38,664 bases of DNA from Nemertoderma westbladi (lineage: Eukaryota; Animalia; Xenacoelomorpha). Shown piece after piece: positions 38,305 to 38,664 of this stretch. The position numbers and the translations under genes were made by a program. The stretch lies in assembly GCA_032718475.1 (NCBI GenBank), contig JAUCBJ010002810.1, positions 1 to 38,664 of the forward strand. Reading direction: 5' to 3'. Position 1 is the first letter of the stretch, and each line of letters opens with the position of its first letter. Below the pieces are notes generated by a model. The model was not told the DNA's origin and did not search any database. It was given only the letters and a program-made list of their open reading frames with translations.

Positions 38305-38419
38305 CAAACATGGAACGTTCCAAAAAGTCCTTGTAAGACGCCTTCGTCGGGACGGATTTATAATCCTCCGAAACCGACGAAAATACGTCGTCGTCAATGA
38401 TTTGCGTTTCAATCGACAT
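38305..38419 (-). CDS. Candidate first coding exon of an unidentified transcript
   Basis: ATG at 38419 with an in-frame TAG upstream, an open GC-richer frame MSIETQIIDDDVFSSVSEDYKSVPTKASYKDFLERSMF(G), and a consensus donor G|GTGAGT at 38304. No family recognised. Confidence 0.35.
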
Positions 38420-38664
38420 TATTATATTGATCAAATAAAGTATGAATGACTACTATATTTAACTTGAGTTGTTCCACAATAAGTAAATAATATTGCGATT
38501 AGATTTCTGGACCCTGTTTGTTGAATAAATAACGTAACATAAGTTCGTATTAATTATTATTCAGTCCACTAAACTATTGTTGGTGTAACATATTTAATAT
38601 ACTGTATAACAAACTAGGGAGAGAGGAAATCAAATATATAAGCACAGATGTCGTAAGAGAACCC

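Overview
AT-rich eukaryotic (animal-like) genomic DNA with spliceosomal introns. On the minus strand are the last four coding exons of a group I p21-activated kinase (PAK1/2/3-like; 22598-22757, 22158-22374, 21868-22017, 5638-5863). Its final intron (5864-21867) is almost entirely a ~15.5 kb tandem array of about 520 30-bp units. Each unit is a copy of the gene's own intron/last-exon junction (polypyrimidine tract, AG, first codons). The giant 'ORFs' in the track are by-products of this array. Upstream of the PAK exons lies a degenerate APE-RT LINE (~23.1-29.4 kb, minus) whose ORF1 region carries a Ulp1/SENP-like (C48) cysteine-protease domain. Further upstream is an intact, intronless UDP-glucose pyrophosphorylase CDS (33209-34696, minus) whose stop-codon region is tandemly amplified. 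The window also holds two RTE-type LINE fragments, a tRNA-headed SINE, several inverted-repeat (MITE-like) elements and many local tandem duplications. No 5' PAK exons were found, so UGP may be nested in a PAK intron.
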